A stretch of DNA of 64,000 nt from Lama glama (lineage: Eukaryota), in contig CM052832.1 in NCBI GenBank assembly GCA_028534125.1, positions 13,456,001 through 13,520,000 on the forward strand, in the 5' to 3' direction. Below, one piece after another: positions 27,880 through 39,600 of the stretch. Under the pieces are notes generated by a model. That model was given only the letters and a program-made list of their open reading frames with translations, did not search any database and was not told the DNA's origin. Every line of letters starts with the position of its first letter. Position 1 is the first letter of the stretch. A program made the position numbers and the translations under genes.

Positions 27880-28420
27880 CAACTTCACACAAACAAAATA
27901 TTTTTGAGTGCTTTACACATGCCAGACTCAGTTCCAGGCAACTAGAGCAGAGAGCAGGATGGAAGATGAGCTTGCTCTCCTAGGATTCACAATGTAGAAG
28001 GGAGACAAACGGTAAAGCAGATACCAGACTCTAGCCTAGTCAGACAGCAATGTGGGTTCAAAGAAGAACTGAGAATACTGAGTGATGGGGAGTGACTTTG
28101 GGTAGGTGATCAGGGAAGGTCTCTCTGAGGAGGTGGTATTGGAGCAAAGACTGGAAAGGAGGGAGCGAGCCATGAGAAAAGCTGGGGAAAATTGTTCCAG
28201 ACAAAGGGACCTGGGAGTGAAAGCTCTTGGGATAGGAACAGACTTAACGAACAGCAAGGAGGCCAGAATGGCTGCAACGGAGTGAGTTGAGATCCAGGAG
28301 TTGGCCTCTGTCTTAGAGGGAGTGATAAGGTGTTTGGGTTTTACCTTAAGTACAAGGGAAGCTTCTGGGGAGGAAAGGCAGGAGAGTGCCATGAGCTGAT
28401 TTGCATTTAGAATGAAGCCT
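27880..28420 (-). mobile_element. L2 LINE fragment
   Basis: ggtgatcagggaaggtctctctgaggagg; aacagcaaggaggccagaatggctg. Confidence 0.65.
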
Positions 28421-28529
28421 AGCTGAGGTGCAGAGAGGAGGTGTTTGTGAACTTCAAACGAGATAATCTATGTTAATCAGTTAGAACAGAGTCCGACCCA
28501 CTGAAAGAGAAAACAAACTCACTTATTTA

Positions 28530-29380
28530 AACAGTATATAATATTCCATTGTATGTATATATCACACTTTGTTTATCCACTTATCAACTGATGAACGTTT
28601 GGGTTGTTTCCACTTTTTGACTATTATGAATAATGATGCTGTAAACACTTGTGTAGAAATTTTTGTGTAGTCATACATTTTTAGTTCTTTTGGGTACATA
28701 TCTCAGAGTGGAATTGCTGAGTCATATGATAACTTTATGTTTAACTTTTTGAGGAACTTCCAGGCTGTTTTCCAGAGTGGCTGTGCCATTTTACACTGTG
28801 GCCCACCAGCAGGGTATGAGGGTTCCATTTCTCCACATCCTTGTCAACATTTGTTGCTAACTGTCTGATTGTAGCCAGCCGAGCAGCTGTGAAGCAAAAT
28901 GTCACTGTGGTTTTGATCTGCACTTCCCCGATGTTGTGCTTCTCTTCTTGTCTTCCACTTTCTTCATGGTGTTTGCTGAAGTGAAAACATTTTAAATTTT
29001 GATGAATTTCAATTTATTTTTTTCTTTTGTTGCTAGTGCTTTTGGGGTCACATCTAAGAAAGCATTGCCTAATCCAAAGATATGAAGATTTATACCTATG
29101 TTTCTTTCTAAGAGATTTAGAGTTTTAGCTCTGAAATTTAGGTCTTTGACCCATGGAGTTAATTTTTGTACATGGTGTGAGTTAAAAGTTCATCTTCATT
29201 CTTTTCCATATGGGTATCCAGTTGTCACAGTATCATCTGTTAAAAAGACTACTCTTCCTCTTCCCTATTGAATTGCCTTGGCACCCTTGTCAAAAATCAG
29301 CTGACTATAAATGTTTGGGTTTATTTCTGGACCCTCAGTACTATTCCATTGATCTACATGTCTATTCTTATGCCTGCCCT
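28530..29380 (-). mobile_element. Old L1M 3'-region fragment
   Basis: tattccattgtatgtatatatcacac...ggaattgctgagtcatatg; degenerate MQIKTT ORF2-like peptide on the minus strand. Confidence 0.85.
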
Positions 29381-30659
29381 AGCTTTCTTGCAGCATTTTA
29401 CAAAGCTAGCTTTGACCTAGACTTTTAAAAGTTGTCTTCTAGGATACTTTAAAATATTGCATTCTAGAATACTTTAAACAGACCACAGAATATTTTTAAA
29501 ATAATATTTAAAATTCCTCCTAGTTTGGCTCTAAAATGCTAAAGGCTTTATTCTGCTGTTTTAAGGCTTAAATCAAGCAACTTTAAGAGAATTTCAAGTC
29601 TGGCATGGTATATTTCTTTCCTATATAGTCATTTACTCACCTTTTGTACTCGGTTTAATCAAATGGTCACATTGATTCTCCAAAAAGCTTCCTGCTTTTG
29701 ATGTATTTAAATAAACTTTTATTCTTGCTCTTGGAACTCCCTAGCAGGGAGTTCACCAAGGTCTATTTTCATCTGCTGAATTGATTGTCCTTGAGCTACC
29801 ACATAGCTTGACTTTTTAATTCTTTTCACTTAAGCAAGTGTTCCCGTGTTTTCAAACTGGCCTTGATTCTCAAAATAACATCTTCTATTTTGCCATTTAG
29901 TTTTGAGGGATTTGTGTTCGAGGACTTGTTTTGTTTGTTTGTTTGTTTAATCTGGGGCATGTAATTTTCCTAGATACAGTGTGTTTTAAAATAGTTAGTC
30001 TTCCCATTGCTTTTAGGATCTTAAATGTGCCTTTGAAACTTTTCCCCACAGGTGTCTCTCCTGGGTTCTAGAAGCTGGCCCCTCCCTGTCCCTACAGGCC
30101 TAGGAGTGGTAACAACTCTGCTGTTATCAGCCCCACTGTTGTACCACCCTTGGGCCTCCCCTCTCCCCCACTTCTTAGATAGTGTCTTTATCTAGTCCTC
30201 CCTGAATGATCCTAATTTGCATGTGCCATCTGTTTTCTCTAGGACCCTGACGGTAATGTTCAGGGAATTTCTTAGTTTGTTAGAAAGCTAGGGGTGGGAG
30301 GGAGAAACTAACATTTATTAAACACTTTCTTCTAGGTACTCTGAGATACTTTTACATGTTTCATTTAATTTTCCTAATAACCCTATGAATTAGTGGAATA
30401 AGTATTTCAGGAGAAGCATCTGAGGTTCAGAGAGATTAGATAACCTACGGTCACTCAACAACTAAGTGGCAAAACCAGAATTTAAATATATGAACGCCTG
30501 ACTCAGTGCTCTGTACTTTTTTTCCATCTGCCTCGCTGGAAGGAAGTTCATTTGGTTTTTCTAACTGGTATCAACTATAAAAAGGGAAAAAAGTCCTTTC
30601 GAGATTTCCAGTTACTAACAGGACAAGGTCTCAGTTCCTTGGCCTGCTGCTTATGGTTT

Positions 30660-31170
30660 ATCATGCATTCAGTCAACACCTATTATGTGTCAGGCAGTTA
30701 TCAAAAGAGACAAACTCCCTGACCTCATGGAGCCAAACAATAAACGAACAAATAAAGACTACAGTTTATCAGACAGTGATAAATATTTTGGAGAAAAATA
30801 AAGCAAGGGAAAGGATGAGGAGTGTTGGGGGATTTGAAATTTTAAGGGAAAGCCTCACTGAGATGCCTTCTGAGCAACACTTTGACAGAGGTAGGGAAGG
30901 GGCCGTGGATATCGGGGAGAGCAGTGGACGCAGGTAGAAAGCAGACTGTGAGGCAGGAGCATGTCTGGCATGTTTGAAGAATAGCAAGGAGGCCAGGGTG
31001 GCTGAAGCTGAGTAAGGGGGAAAGCAGTGAAGGTATGGTGAGGGGTGGGTGGTGGGTAAGGCCTTGCAGTCACCATAAGGGTGTTCTAAGTGAGGCTGAG
31101 CCGTTGGAGAGCAGAGCAGAGGGGCCACATCTCAACAGTCTGGGAGGCTCAGTGTTGAGAACAGACTGCA
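30660..31170 (-). mobile_element. L2 LINE fragment
   Basis: cattcagtcaacacctattatgtgtcaggc; gaatagcaaggaggccagggtggctg. Confidence 0.65.
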
Positions 31171-31622
31171 GGAGGAGGGCAGGGCCAGGGAAGCCCTTTG
31201 TGTCTGACCCGGAGCTTCTCCTGATGTTCCCATATAAACAATGGGGTTTACTTTTGACTCCGTAAACCTGCTGTGCTCGTTTTTTCTTCCTACCCCTAGA
31301 TATCAAGCAGACTTCCTTGCTTCTTTGAGAGGACTAAGAATGCTCTCGGAAGCCAGAGGAAGAGGTTATTAACCCTGAAAAGTGTGTCCCAATTTGCTGA
31401 TGGTGAAGACGGGAAAACATGTCCAAAAGAAAACTTCCCAAGGTGGTGGGGAGGGTATGGACATAATCGAACAGACCGAGAGATTCTTTCATTCACACAC
31501 GTTATAAAGCAGCCCAAGAAGCTTGTTTGGGGTGTTGATTGAATTAATACTGAATTTCTAATTTTGGATTATTTTATCGCTTAAAAAGAAAATTAACCTC
31601 TCTCTCTCTCTCTTTAAAAAAG

Positions 31623-31727
31623 GATTTTCAACAGGAAGGCAGAGCTCTCCTGGCTCATTATGTCTTAGTTTTCTTTGGAGGAGTTCACGTGTTGCTGCGC
31701 TTTCTCTGGAATAACCATTTGATGTAA
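31623..31727 (+). CDS. PXT1: PXT1 last coding exon (DFQQEGRALLAHYVLVFFGGVHVLLRFLWNNHLM*); total 135 aa
   Basis: Phase-0 acceptor after a (CT)n tract; matches human DLQQDGRDAL...FFWNNHLL; TAA at 31725-31727. Confidence 0.92.
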   Translation, partial: DFQQEGRALLAHYVLVFFGGVHVLLRFLWNNHLM

Positions 31728-32333
31728 AAGGAATGTAAATGTCAGGTTCTGCTTTCCTTCTACCCTTTGACAAAACATGAATGCACCAGGGCGGATGGGA
31801 AGAAGACCCTTCTCCACCTCCCTCTCTTTCCACCCACCACTGTTGTTTTATGCCTGGTTTGTTGGAGAACTGCGGACTCACTGGCCATTCGTCTGTTCAG
31901 GGCAACCAGAGAGAAGACGTCTGTGATGGCCTCATGGTAGAGCCTGAGGAGCTTAGGAACCCAGGAGGTCGTGCTGCTTAGAAAACACCAGCGCTGTGGA
32001 TGTCCCAGCGCTCCTTGTAAGGAAACCTTCAGCGTTTCCTTCCATGAGTGAAACAACCTCATCCCCAAACCAGAGGTCACAGACAGAAATGGGTGCTTTC
32101 TCCTGGGCCCCCTCCCTGGGTACCAGGCCCTCTAGTGACTGTTGGCCCCACTCCTGTTGCCCATGTCCAGGTCTGCAGTGCCCCGTCCTCCTTTTACCTT
32201 CCTGTCTACCTCATATTGCCTCCCTCCCCTCCTTAAGAAGTACAAGTATCAAGAAAGTTGTATAAGTTTGTATATGCATTTTGAGTTCTTTGTAGGAAAA
32301 GTGTTATTTAAAAATTAGTAATTTAAAAAATGA

Positions 32334-32339
32334 AATAAA
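32334..32339 (+). terminator. PXT1: Candidate PXT1 polyadenylation signal AATAAA
   Basis: AATAAA ~600 nt after the stop, with T-rich sequence downstream. Confidence 0.55.
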
Positions 32340-32748
32340 CATGGTTATTTTATTGAGCATGAGACACCTGTGCGTAATTTCTTTTTTGATGGAGAAATTC
32401 CATTTGTCCCTGCTCATATGGGTTCATTACTTTGTAGAGTTGGATCATATGTAGCATCATCTTTGTCCTTCCAAAGGGAAATGTCCCCATTTAAAAAATT
32501 CATCTCAGGCAATGTCTATTTAGTCCCATCATCACCTACGTTTTGACTTCCTGGAAGGGAACAGTTCCTAAAATGTCTTCCTTATTTATTTTTTACATTT
32601 TTGAGTTTATTTATTCATAAGGTTAAAAAATCAAAATCGTATAAAAAGATTTGCAATGAAAATTCTTGCTCTTATTTTCTATCCTGAATCCCAATTATGT
32701 TTATTAGTTTGTTACATATCCTTCCAGAGTTTCTTTGTACCAGTACCA

Positions 32749-32750
<2 letters not shown>

Positions 32751-32800
<50 letters not shown>
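32751..32800. repeat. Perfect (AC)25 microsatellite
   Basis: Direct reading. Confidence 0.97.
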
Positions 32801-32802
<2 letters not shown>

Positions 32803-33333
32803 TAGTGTATAATATATGCAAGGTACAGGCTTTGATTTTTTTGCTTAGCGTGGTGGTGGTCAGGCATTATTCTAGTTGTTTTACAAATGTTAAACCATTT
32901 AGTCTTCAGAAGAACTTTATGAGACAGGGATTATTATCAGCTCTATTTTACTGTTAAGGAAACTGAGGTCGTTGCTAATAGAGAGAGGCAGTAGGGAGGT
33001 TAACTAAGTTGCTCAAGGGCATACAGCCAGTAAGTGACATAGCTGTCACTGTCCAAGCCTGGCAGGCTGTCCTGAGAGTCCAGGCTCTTAACCACTCTGC
33101 TGTACTGCCTCTTGGAGAGCCTGCCACAGTCCACAGAGAGCGCTGTCAGACCATGCGCAGGATTCTGCTAAATGGATGTACTGTGATTTATCTTGTCAGC
33201 TCCCTTTTAATGGATGCCTGGGTTGTTTCTAATCATTCAGCATTATAAGTCATGTTGAAATAAATAACCACGTACATTTTGGATATGTGCAGTATATTTG
33301 TTGAGTATGTTTCCAGTGTTGGGATTGCTGAGT

Positions 33334-33796
33334 TGTGAAGGAAAAACCGGGCTGGTCTAACAAGATAACTCACAAGTCTAGGAATGTGAAGGAGAGGCTG
33401 GGCTGGGCTAACAAGATAACTCACAAATCTAAGTATTGGAATACTGATCTGAGTTCTGCTAGACTAACTTGTAAATCTAGGCTAATTAGTGTTGGTTTGC
33501 TGTTCAGGTTTTTTGCTAGCCAGCTGGATTTTCCAAGATACATATATGGCTTTGGAATGTTGGTCTGCTGCCTCCCCGCCTCCACTTTTGTGATGATAAT
33601 GCTGCTAAAGCTGTTCCATGCCTATTGGCCGAATACCCCAAGCTTATACTTTACCCTATAAAACCTCACGTGCACGTCTTGCAGGTGCTCAGAGCTCGGA
33701 GCAGAAGCCCCTCTGAGCCCGCCAGCGTAATACAGCTGAGTACTCCAACCCTCCAAGTGGTGCTTGTTTCTTGACTAGCCTGTCGTTTCCATAATA
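33334..33796 (+). mobile_element. Solo ERV LTR (463 bp) with 4-bp TSD GAGT, inserted into an old L1
   Basis: TG start, TATAAAA near 33657, GAGT at 33330-33333 and 33797-33800; flanks rejoin as L1-like gggattgctgagt|gaaggataaatacattt. Confidence 0.8.
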
Positions 33797-34559
33797 GAGT
33801 GAAGGATAAATACATTTGACTTTGCTAGATCCTGCCCTCCTACCCTCCATGGGGTTATGCCACTCCATATGCCCAGTGTTCTCTGTTCCCCGCAGCCTCT
33901 ACAGCAGATTGTTATTAAACGTTTGAATGTTTTCCAAATTAATGGGCTAAAATTGGTATCTCAGAATAACTTTATTTTTGTTTTTAGAATAACTTTAATT
34001 TACACATCTTTTATAATGGGCGAGTCTGAGCATCTTTTTCTATGCTCAGGAGCCAACCAGCATCTTGTTTTAATGTGGACTGTCTATTCATAGCCTTTGC
34101 TCATTTTTCTGTTGAGTTTCTGGTCTTGTTCTTACTGGTTTCTAGGAGCTCACGATTTATCAGTGCCAAGCCAACAGCATCTACACCTTCAGATTTTTGG
34201 CAGGTTATTGTTTTCTTGCTTCCTTTCCTCTGTGTATGTTTATTTGCTGTAGTGCTTACAAACATTCTTGGCTTCCCCTTAAGGCAGAGGGAACTGAGGC
34301 AGGTATACATTGGGGGATGGGGTGGGCACCACACCTAGAGCTGCCAGAGGCCAGGGAAAAGGTGGCCATAGGATCCACTGAGCACTCTGGTTTAGGTCAG
34401 GAAGAGCCTCTCTGATGGTGGTGCTCGGGCCTGGGGTGGTGGGGCGTCCACTGGGCCAAAGGAAAGGCCGAGGCCAGGTCAGGGCTGGGACCTTCACACC
34501 CCTCAGGGGAGAAGCACCTGGTTCACGTAGACAGTATAGGAGGCCCCCACCTATCCACC

Positions 34560-35120
34560 TGCGGAGACGCACAAGGGTGACATGAAATTGATCAGTCGCT
34601 GTCGCGAGCCCAGGACTAGGGGTTCCCTTGGCTCTCCAGGTCTCGCAGAATCCCATCTCAGTCCCCCTGGAAGCCAGTGCCAGGTAGCCCTCGCGAGGGA
34701 GGGGCTGTCCCTCTGCGAAAGGATGAGAGCAGGACCGACGCTTCCCAGCCGGCGAGCTACAGCGCCCAGGGACTCCGCTCCCGCAGGGGCCAGCCCCTTC
34801 CCTCCCGTAAAACGACCCAGGCGGGAGTGGAAGCCGGATCCCGCTCTTTCATTTTCGATTCCCGGAAGGATAGCAATTACCGGAGCGCCCTGCGCGCCTG
34901 CTCGCCTGGGAACCCGAGCGCGCAGCACCAGGCGCAATTTGAAAGAGATTTCCTCCCACGCGACCTTCCAGTTTTGAGGGCAAAGTTAGCGGAGGGCCTG
35001 AGAACGCCGGAGAGCCCAGCAACTGCAGCCACCAGAGCGCTCACCACGGACAGCGGGTGGCTCCCTCACCTTCACCTGTAATGCAGGTAAGAGCCTGGCA
35101 GCCGGAGCACGCAGCGTGCA
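34560..35120 (+). promoter_or_regulatory. ETV7: ETV7 promoter CpG island and 5' UTR with adjacent IRF and GAS motifs
   Basis: CpG-rich; CTTTCATTTTC at 34846-34856 and TTCCCGGAA at 34859-34867; lies upstream of ATG 35081. Confidence 0.85.
35081..35086 (+). CDS. ETV7: ETV7 exon 1 coding part (MQ)
   Basis: ATG CAG|gtaaga; human ETV7 starts MQEG. Confidence 0.88.
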
Positions 35121-36544
35121 CAAGGAGCCACCTGCCCTCCACCACCTCAATTCCCATACCCATTTTATCAGACCTTGGCTGGAATCGCTTTCCAATATAT
35201 TCCCACACCTCACTATCCATCCCTCACCGCTTCTCACTCTCCTTCACTCACTTCAAGCTCCTCACTTTTTGTTTGAAACCCATCTGTGTCTATACTGCTC
35301 CCCTATACCTCTTCTCACTCCTATGCCAACCAGATGTAGTTCCTGCACAAGCCAGACCCTCACAGCTGGCAAATGCAGCCCTGTAGGGACTCCCCTCCTT
35401 AAGTGGTCTTTCTACATTTGCCTTATTTCTTCAAGAGCCTCAGAACCCCCCAGAGCTGGACCGCCTTCTCACCTCCACTTCTCTCTTTCCAAGATTCACA
35501 CCCACAACCATATTTTATCAGACCTCTCCCTGGCCTTCATGCTGAAACCCAGAGCTCTAACTGTCTGGAGCTCCCTGGCTGGCATTTCCCAGGCAGTCAC
35601 AGCCTGGGATTCCCTGTTCCTCATACTTGGAAGAGTAGACAGGGAGCCAAGTCTAGGCCTTAAGCCCCTTCTCCAGCTTCGCAAGCCCCCTCTGTCAGGT
35701 GGCAATCTCTGAGGTGGGGTTACCTGGGAAACAGCACCACCTGAGACATGGGGGCTGGGGGCAGACAAGAAATGCAGTGGGAACTACCCCAAAAGTTGTC
35801 GAATCCTCCTCTGTGGCGGCCATGGCTTCCGGAGTTTGCCTTGCTGGCTCTAGATCCAGAGTCTTTTGCTGCACATTGCCCTCCTCAGACACCAAAAGAT
35901 GAACACAAGGCTCTCAAAGATTCCCAGAGTAAGACAATGGCTCTTGCTGGAATTGGTTTCACTTTTACTTTTCAGGATGTGGCAGCCTGTGGCTAGGCAT
36001 GAGTTCCAGGGATCTACAAAATCCTGTCACTTTTTAATCCCCTCATCCTGATGAATGAACCGAATCACCTCTAGGGGCTAGGCTGATTATAACATGTAAA
36101 GATACAGACTTCCCTTGGTTGGAACTTGGGATTCTGAAATTTATTCTTTCTTTTTCTCTTTTGAAAATAGCATTTTTTGTTTGTTTGTTTCTGATTTAAG
36201 GTCTTTTTTATCCTGGCCCCCAGGTTCCCTGTGTCCTCTCACCAAGGTTTCTAGGCTCTCAGATTTCCAGTTTACAAGTCAAGTCTTGACGGGGGAACCT
36301 TCTTCTGGTAGGCTCAGACAGATGCATGAAAAACTTGAATCAGAAAGATGAAATTTATCAAGTGTCCATTGTGCATAAGACGCTGACTGTACCAAGCTGA
36401 AGATATATGTGGTTCCTACCTTTCAGGCAGACATGGTGATGGACACTCCTCCCTTTGAAAAAACATTCTTAATACATTTCAGGATGACTGAGCCTTCACC
36501 AAGATGCTCATCTTTGACTGCCCTGGTTTTCTCTCTGTCTCTAG

Positions 36545-36680
36545 GAGGGAGCATTGGCTGGTTCTCCTGTGAGTCCCAAGGCAGCCACACCGCCCCCTGG
36601 CACCCAGGCCCAAGCCAGATATGAAGCTCGAGTGAACCTGCTAGGTGACAGGGGAATCTGCAGGCTGCCAGGAAGACTCC
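36545..36680 (+). CDS. ETV7: ETV7 exon 2 (EGALAGSPVSP...GICRLPGRL)
   Basis: Pyrimidine tract plus ctag acceptor, C|gtgagt donor, 136 nt; homologous to human EGELAISPISP...GICKLPGRL. Confidence 0.93.
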
Positions 36681-39600
36681 GTGAGTAGAGGGGAGGAGAA
36701 AGGCGAATATTCTTAAAGGACATAAACTTGATGTATAAACTTCTTATCTAAGGAATTGCCTTCCCCTCCATCTGCTTTTGTCTCTGCTGGGTTTTCTTTA
36801 AACTTTCCTTGGTGAGGAAGTCAGAAGAGGTCAATGTGACTTCTCCTGCAGGGTATACAGCTGACAAGGCCTAGTGTGAGAGCAGGCAGTCTCCTCCTTG
36901 GTAAGACGAGGGTTGGGACTGGATGAGCTATTGGGTCCCTTCCAGCCTAAGGACAAATTGTTGAGGACATTGCCAGTGAGGAAATCAGACAGGGTGAACC
37001 AGTGAACAGTTGTATGTCTGTAGAACCCTCTTTTAAATAATTATATTTAATTTTTGTTCTTACAAAAATAGCATATGCTTATTGTCAAAAATTGGGAAAT
37101 GACAGAGAAGCATAAGAATACACAGAACAATCAAATCCACCCAAAGATAACCATGGGGAACGTACTGGCCACGTCCTTTCATTTCATTTTCCTAAGTAAT
37201 GCTCTTGCCCGAGGAAACTCATAACTAGGCTTTAGATTAATGTTTATGTGGCAGAGCTGAGAGATGGAAAAGCTGAGTGACAAGCTTAAGATCACAAAGG
37301 TCTCCATGCTAAGGCCAAATCCTGGTTCTACGGATAACCTTCTAAGGGATTTTTAGAAACACTTACTAAGCTGTGGAAATCACAGGGCAGGCAGCGAACT
37401 GACGGCTGGTGGGATCCTTAACCTGGGCAGGGGTCTTGGAGCAGCTATGGGCAGGCGCATCTGACCCCATTGTAAAGCATCCAGTCCACATCCTGTTCTG
37501 CTGGTCCAGGGGCTGGAACACTGCTTTATAATTTCACACCCTTCTGATTTTCTGGCCTCAACCTGACTTTTGAGTCAGTAATGGGATTGAGCGGAATGTG
37601 AGGTATGTCTTCACAGGTCTTGGGAAGACCTTGCTGCCTGCAAATGCCTCTGCCATCCACTGCCTGGCATTCTTCTAATTGGAACAAGAGCCTGTGCTTT
37701 CATGGTTAGAGGGAAGGTGGGGAGATGAGAGATCCCCAGGTAGAGGATGCCCTGGTGCCTCAGAGCAGCAGATGGAACAGCAGCGTGATTTGGGTAGGGC
37801 ACGGGGAGCTTCCTTTTGTCCAAATACCAACCCTGCCCAGTAGCTTGGGGTTTAGGGCTGGCTGCTCCAAGTAGATATTTGGCACAGATTACACAGCGGG
37901 CAGGATTTGGGCTCCATTCCTGGCCCAAGCTGTGGTGATGAGGAAAAACAGGACTTTGCGACAGACCTGAAGTCCCCAAGTGGTGTTGCTGAGGACCCTA
38001 GAGGTCATCTGATCCAGTCCCCTTGTTGCAGCTGAGGACACAGAGACCTAGGAAGGGAGGTTTCTCTGCAGGTCTCACAGGGCCCTCTGGATTGTCCCCC
38101 TCATCTCCCCCATATTCACAGACCACCCGCCACAGGTTCACCAAGTTCTAGAAGGTTGACACTGGTAGAGACCCTGGATGTCACCTTGGTAACTCCCTCA
38201 TATTCCAAGCGAAACTGAGGCCCAGGAGGTGTGTTCTGCCCAAGGTCAGGTAACCTTCAGTCCCCTCCCTTCCGCTGGGTTCCTAGCTCACAGTTGCTGA
38301 AAGGGTACAGGAGGGGAAGTGGGGATTTAGCAAGTTTAATCACCACCTTGTAGAATACAATTACGCAACCCTTTTAGCTTTTGAAGCTCCCTGCGGTGGG
38401 GCCCCGCTGAGGTAGTCACCAGGTCTTCCTGCACTTTTCTAATGAATTTCCTCCCCTCTTGACCCAGCCTGTTTCTTGTTTACTCGACTTAAGGTGCAGG
38501 GCAATCAGGACCTATTTTGAGTTCTAATCCCATTGCTATGGGTTAGATTTCCCCAGAAGCAGACTCTGAAATACTTCCCCACAGAAGGGAGAAGGAAATC
38601 CAAGAGTGTCCTCTCAGGCCAGGCAGCACTATTAGCAACTGGAGCTCAAAACCAATGGGGACTTGTGGGGGACAGTTACCCCAGCCCAGGGGTAAGGAAG
38701 CTGGGTCTTTATCCACTCACTCCCCACCCATCATGGGATGAGGGCTGCTTCCAGGCGTGTTGACTCCTAGCTTTCCAAGGTGCCCTGTGCACCGGCTGAG
38801 TCCAGTAGAGTCAGGTGCTGGCATCTGGCATCTCCCCGCCTTCAGAGTGTAGAGGTGAGAGTCCAGGGTCACAGACAGGACCTTCTATACAACAGCGTCT
38901 TCTATATTTCTCATCTTAGATTCCATGACTCATATTTACTTCTGAAAATATTCAGACAATACAGTTCTGGCCCTTGGTAAATATATAACAGTCTTGAAAG
39001 ATAAGGTACACTAAATGACTCATTTTCCTGTCAACAGCATCCCAAATAAGCAAACTGCTGACACCCAAAATGAGGGTTTGACCTTTCAGATGGCTGGGGC
39101 GATGTCAGCCCCGTTTCTTACATTTCTGGAAACTGGGTTTCCATCGTTGGCATCTCTCTGACATTTATTCCCAGTCACCCACCCCATTCCCATCTCCACC
39201 TCCAGCTTCCATTCTCATCATCAGGGCTGATTTTCCGCTGCAGGAAGGTGAGCAACAAAACAAATCTTTCTTAGCCTTGTGAGTCGGCACCAAGTGAAGC
39301 ACACAAGCCATTTCCCTGTAGAGCCTACTTTTCCCTGTTTATCGGCCTGACAAAGATGTGCAGTAGAGCAGTGGAAAGTCCACTCTGAAGATGACTGTCA
39401 TGTCCAGCGACAGGAGGGGGCCTGGGATGGAGGGTGGGGTTCAAGGGGCTCCGGCAGAGAACCCCCCACTCACAAAAGGAGATTCACAACCATGCTTCCC
39501 TCTGAGGAAGTGGAGAGTAAAGGGGGATTCGCACATCCCTCCTCCCTCCTCTGGTCTGCATCCATGAGGGTCTGCCTGAGGCCAAGTCAGGGAGAGTCAG

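Noticed and set aside
33335..33661. 108-aa ORF with a 17-aa repeat
   Set aside because: Reflects the 51-bp duplication inside the LTR.
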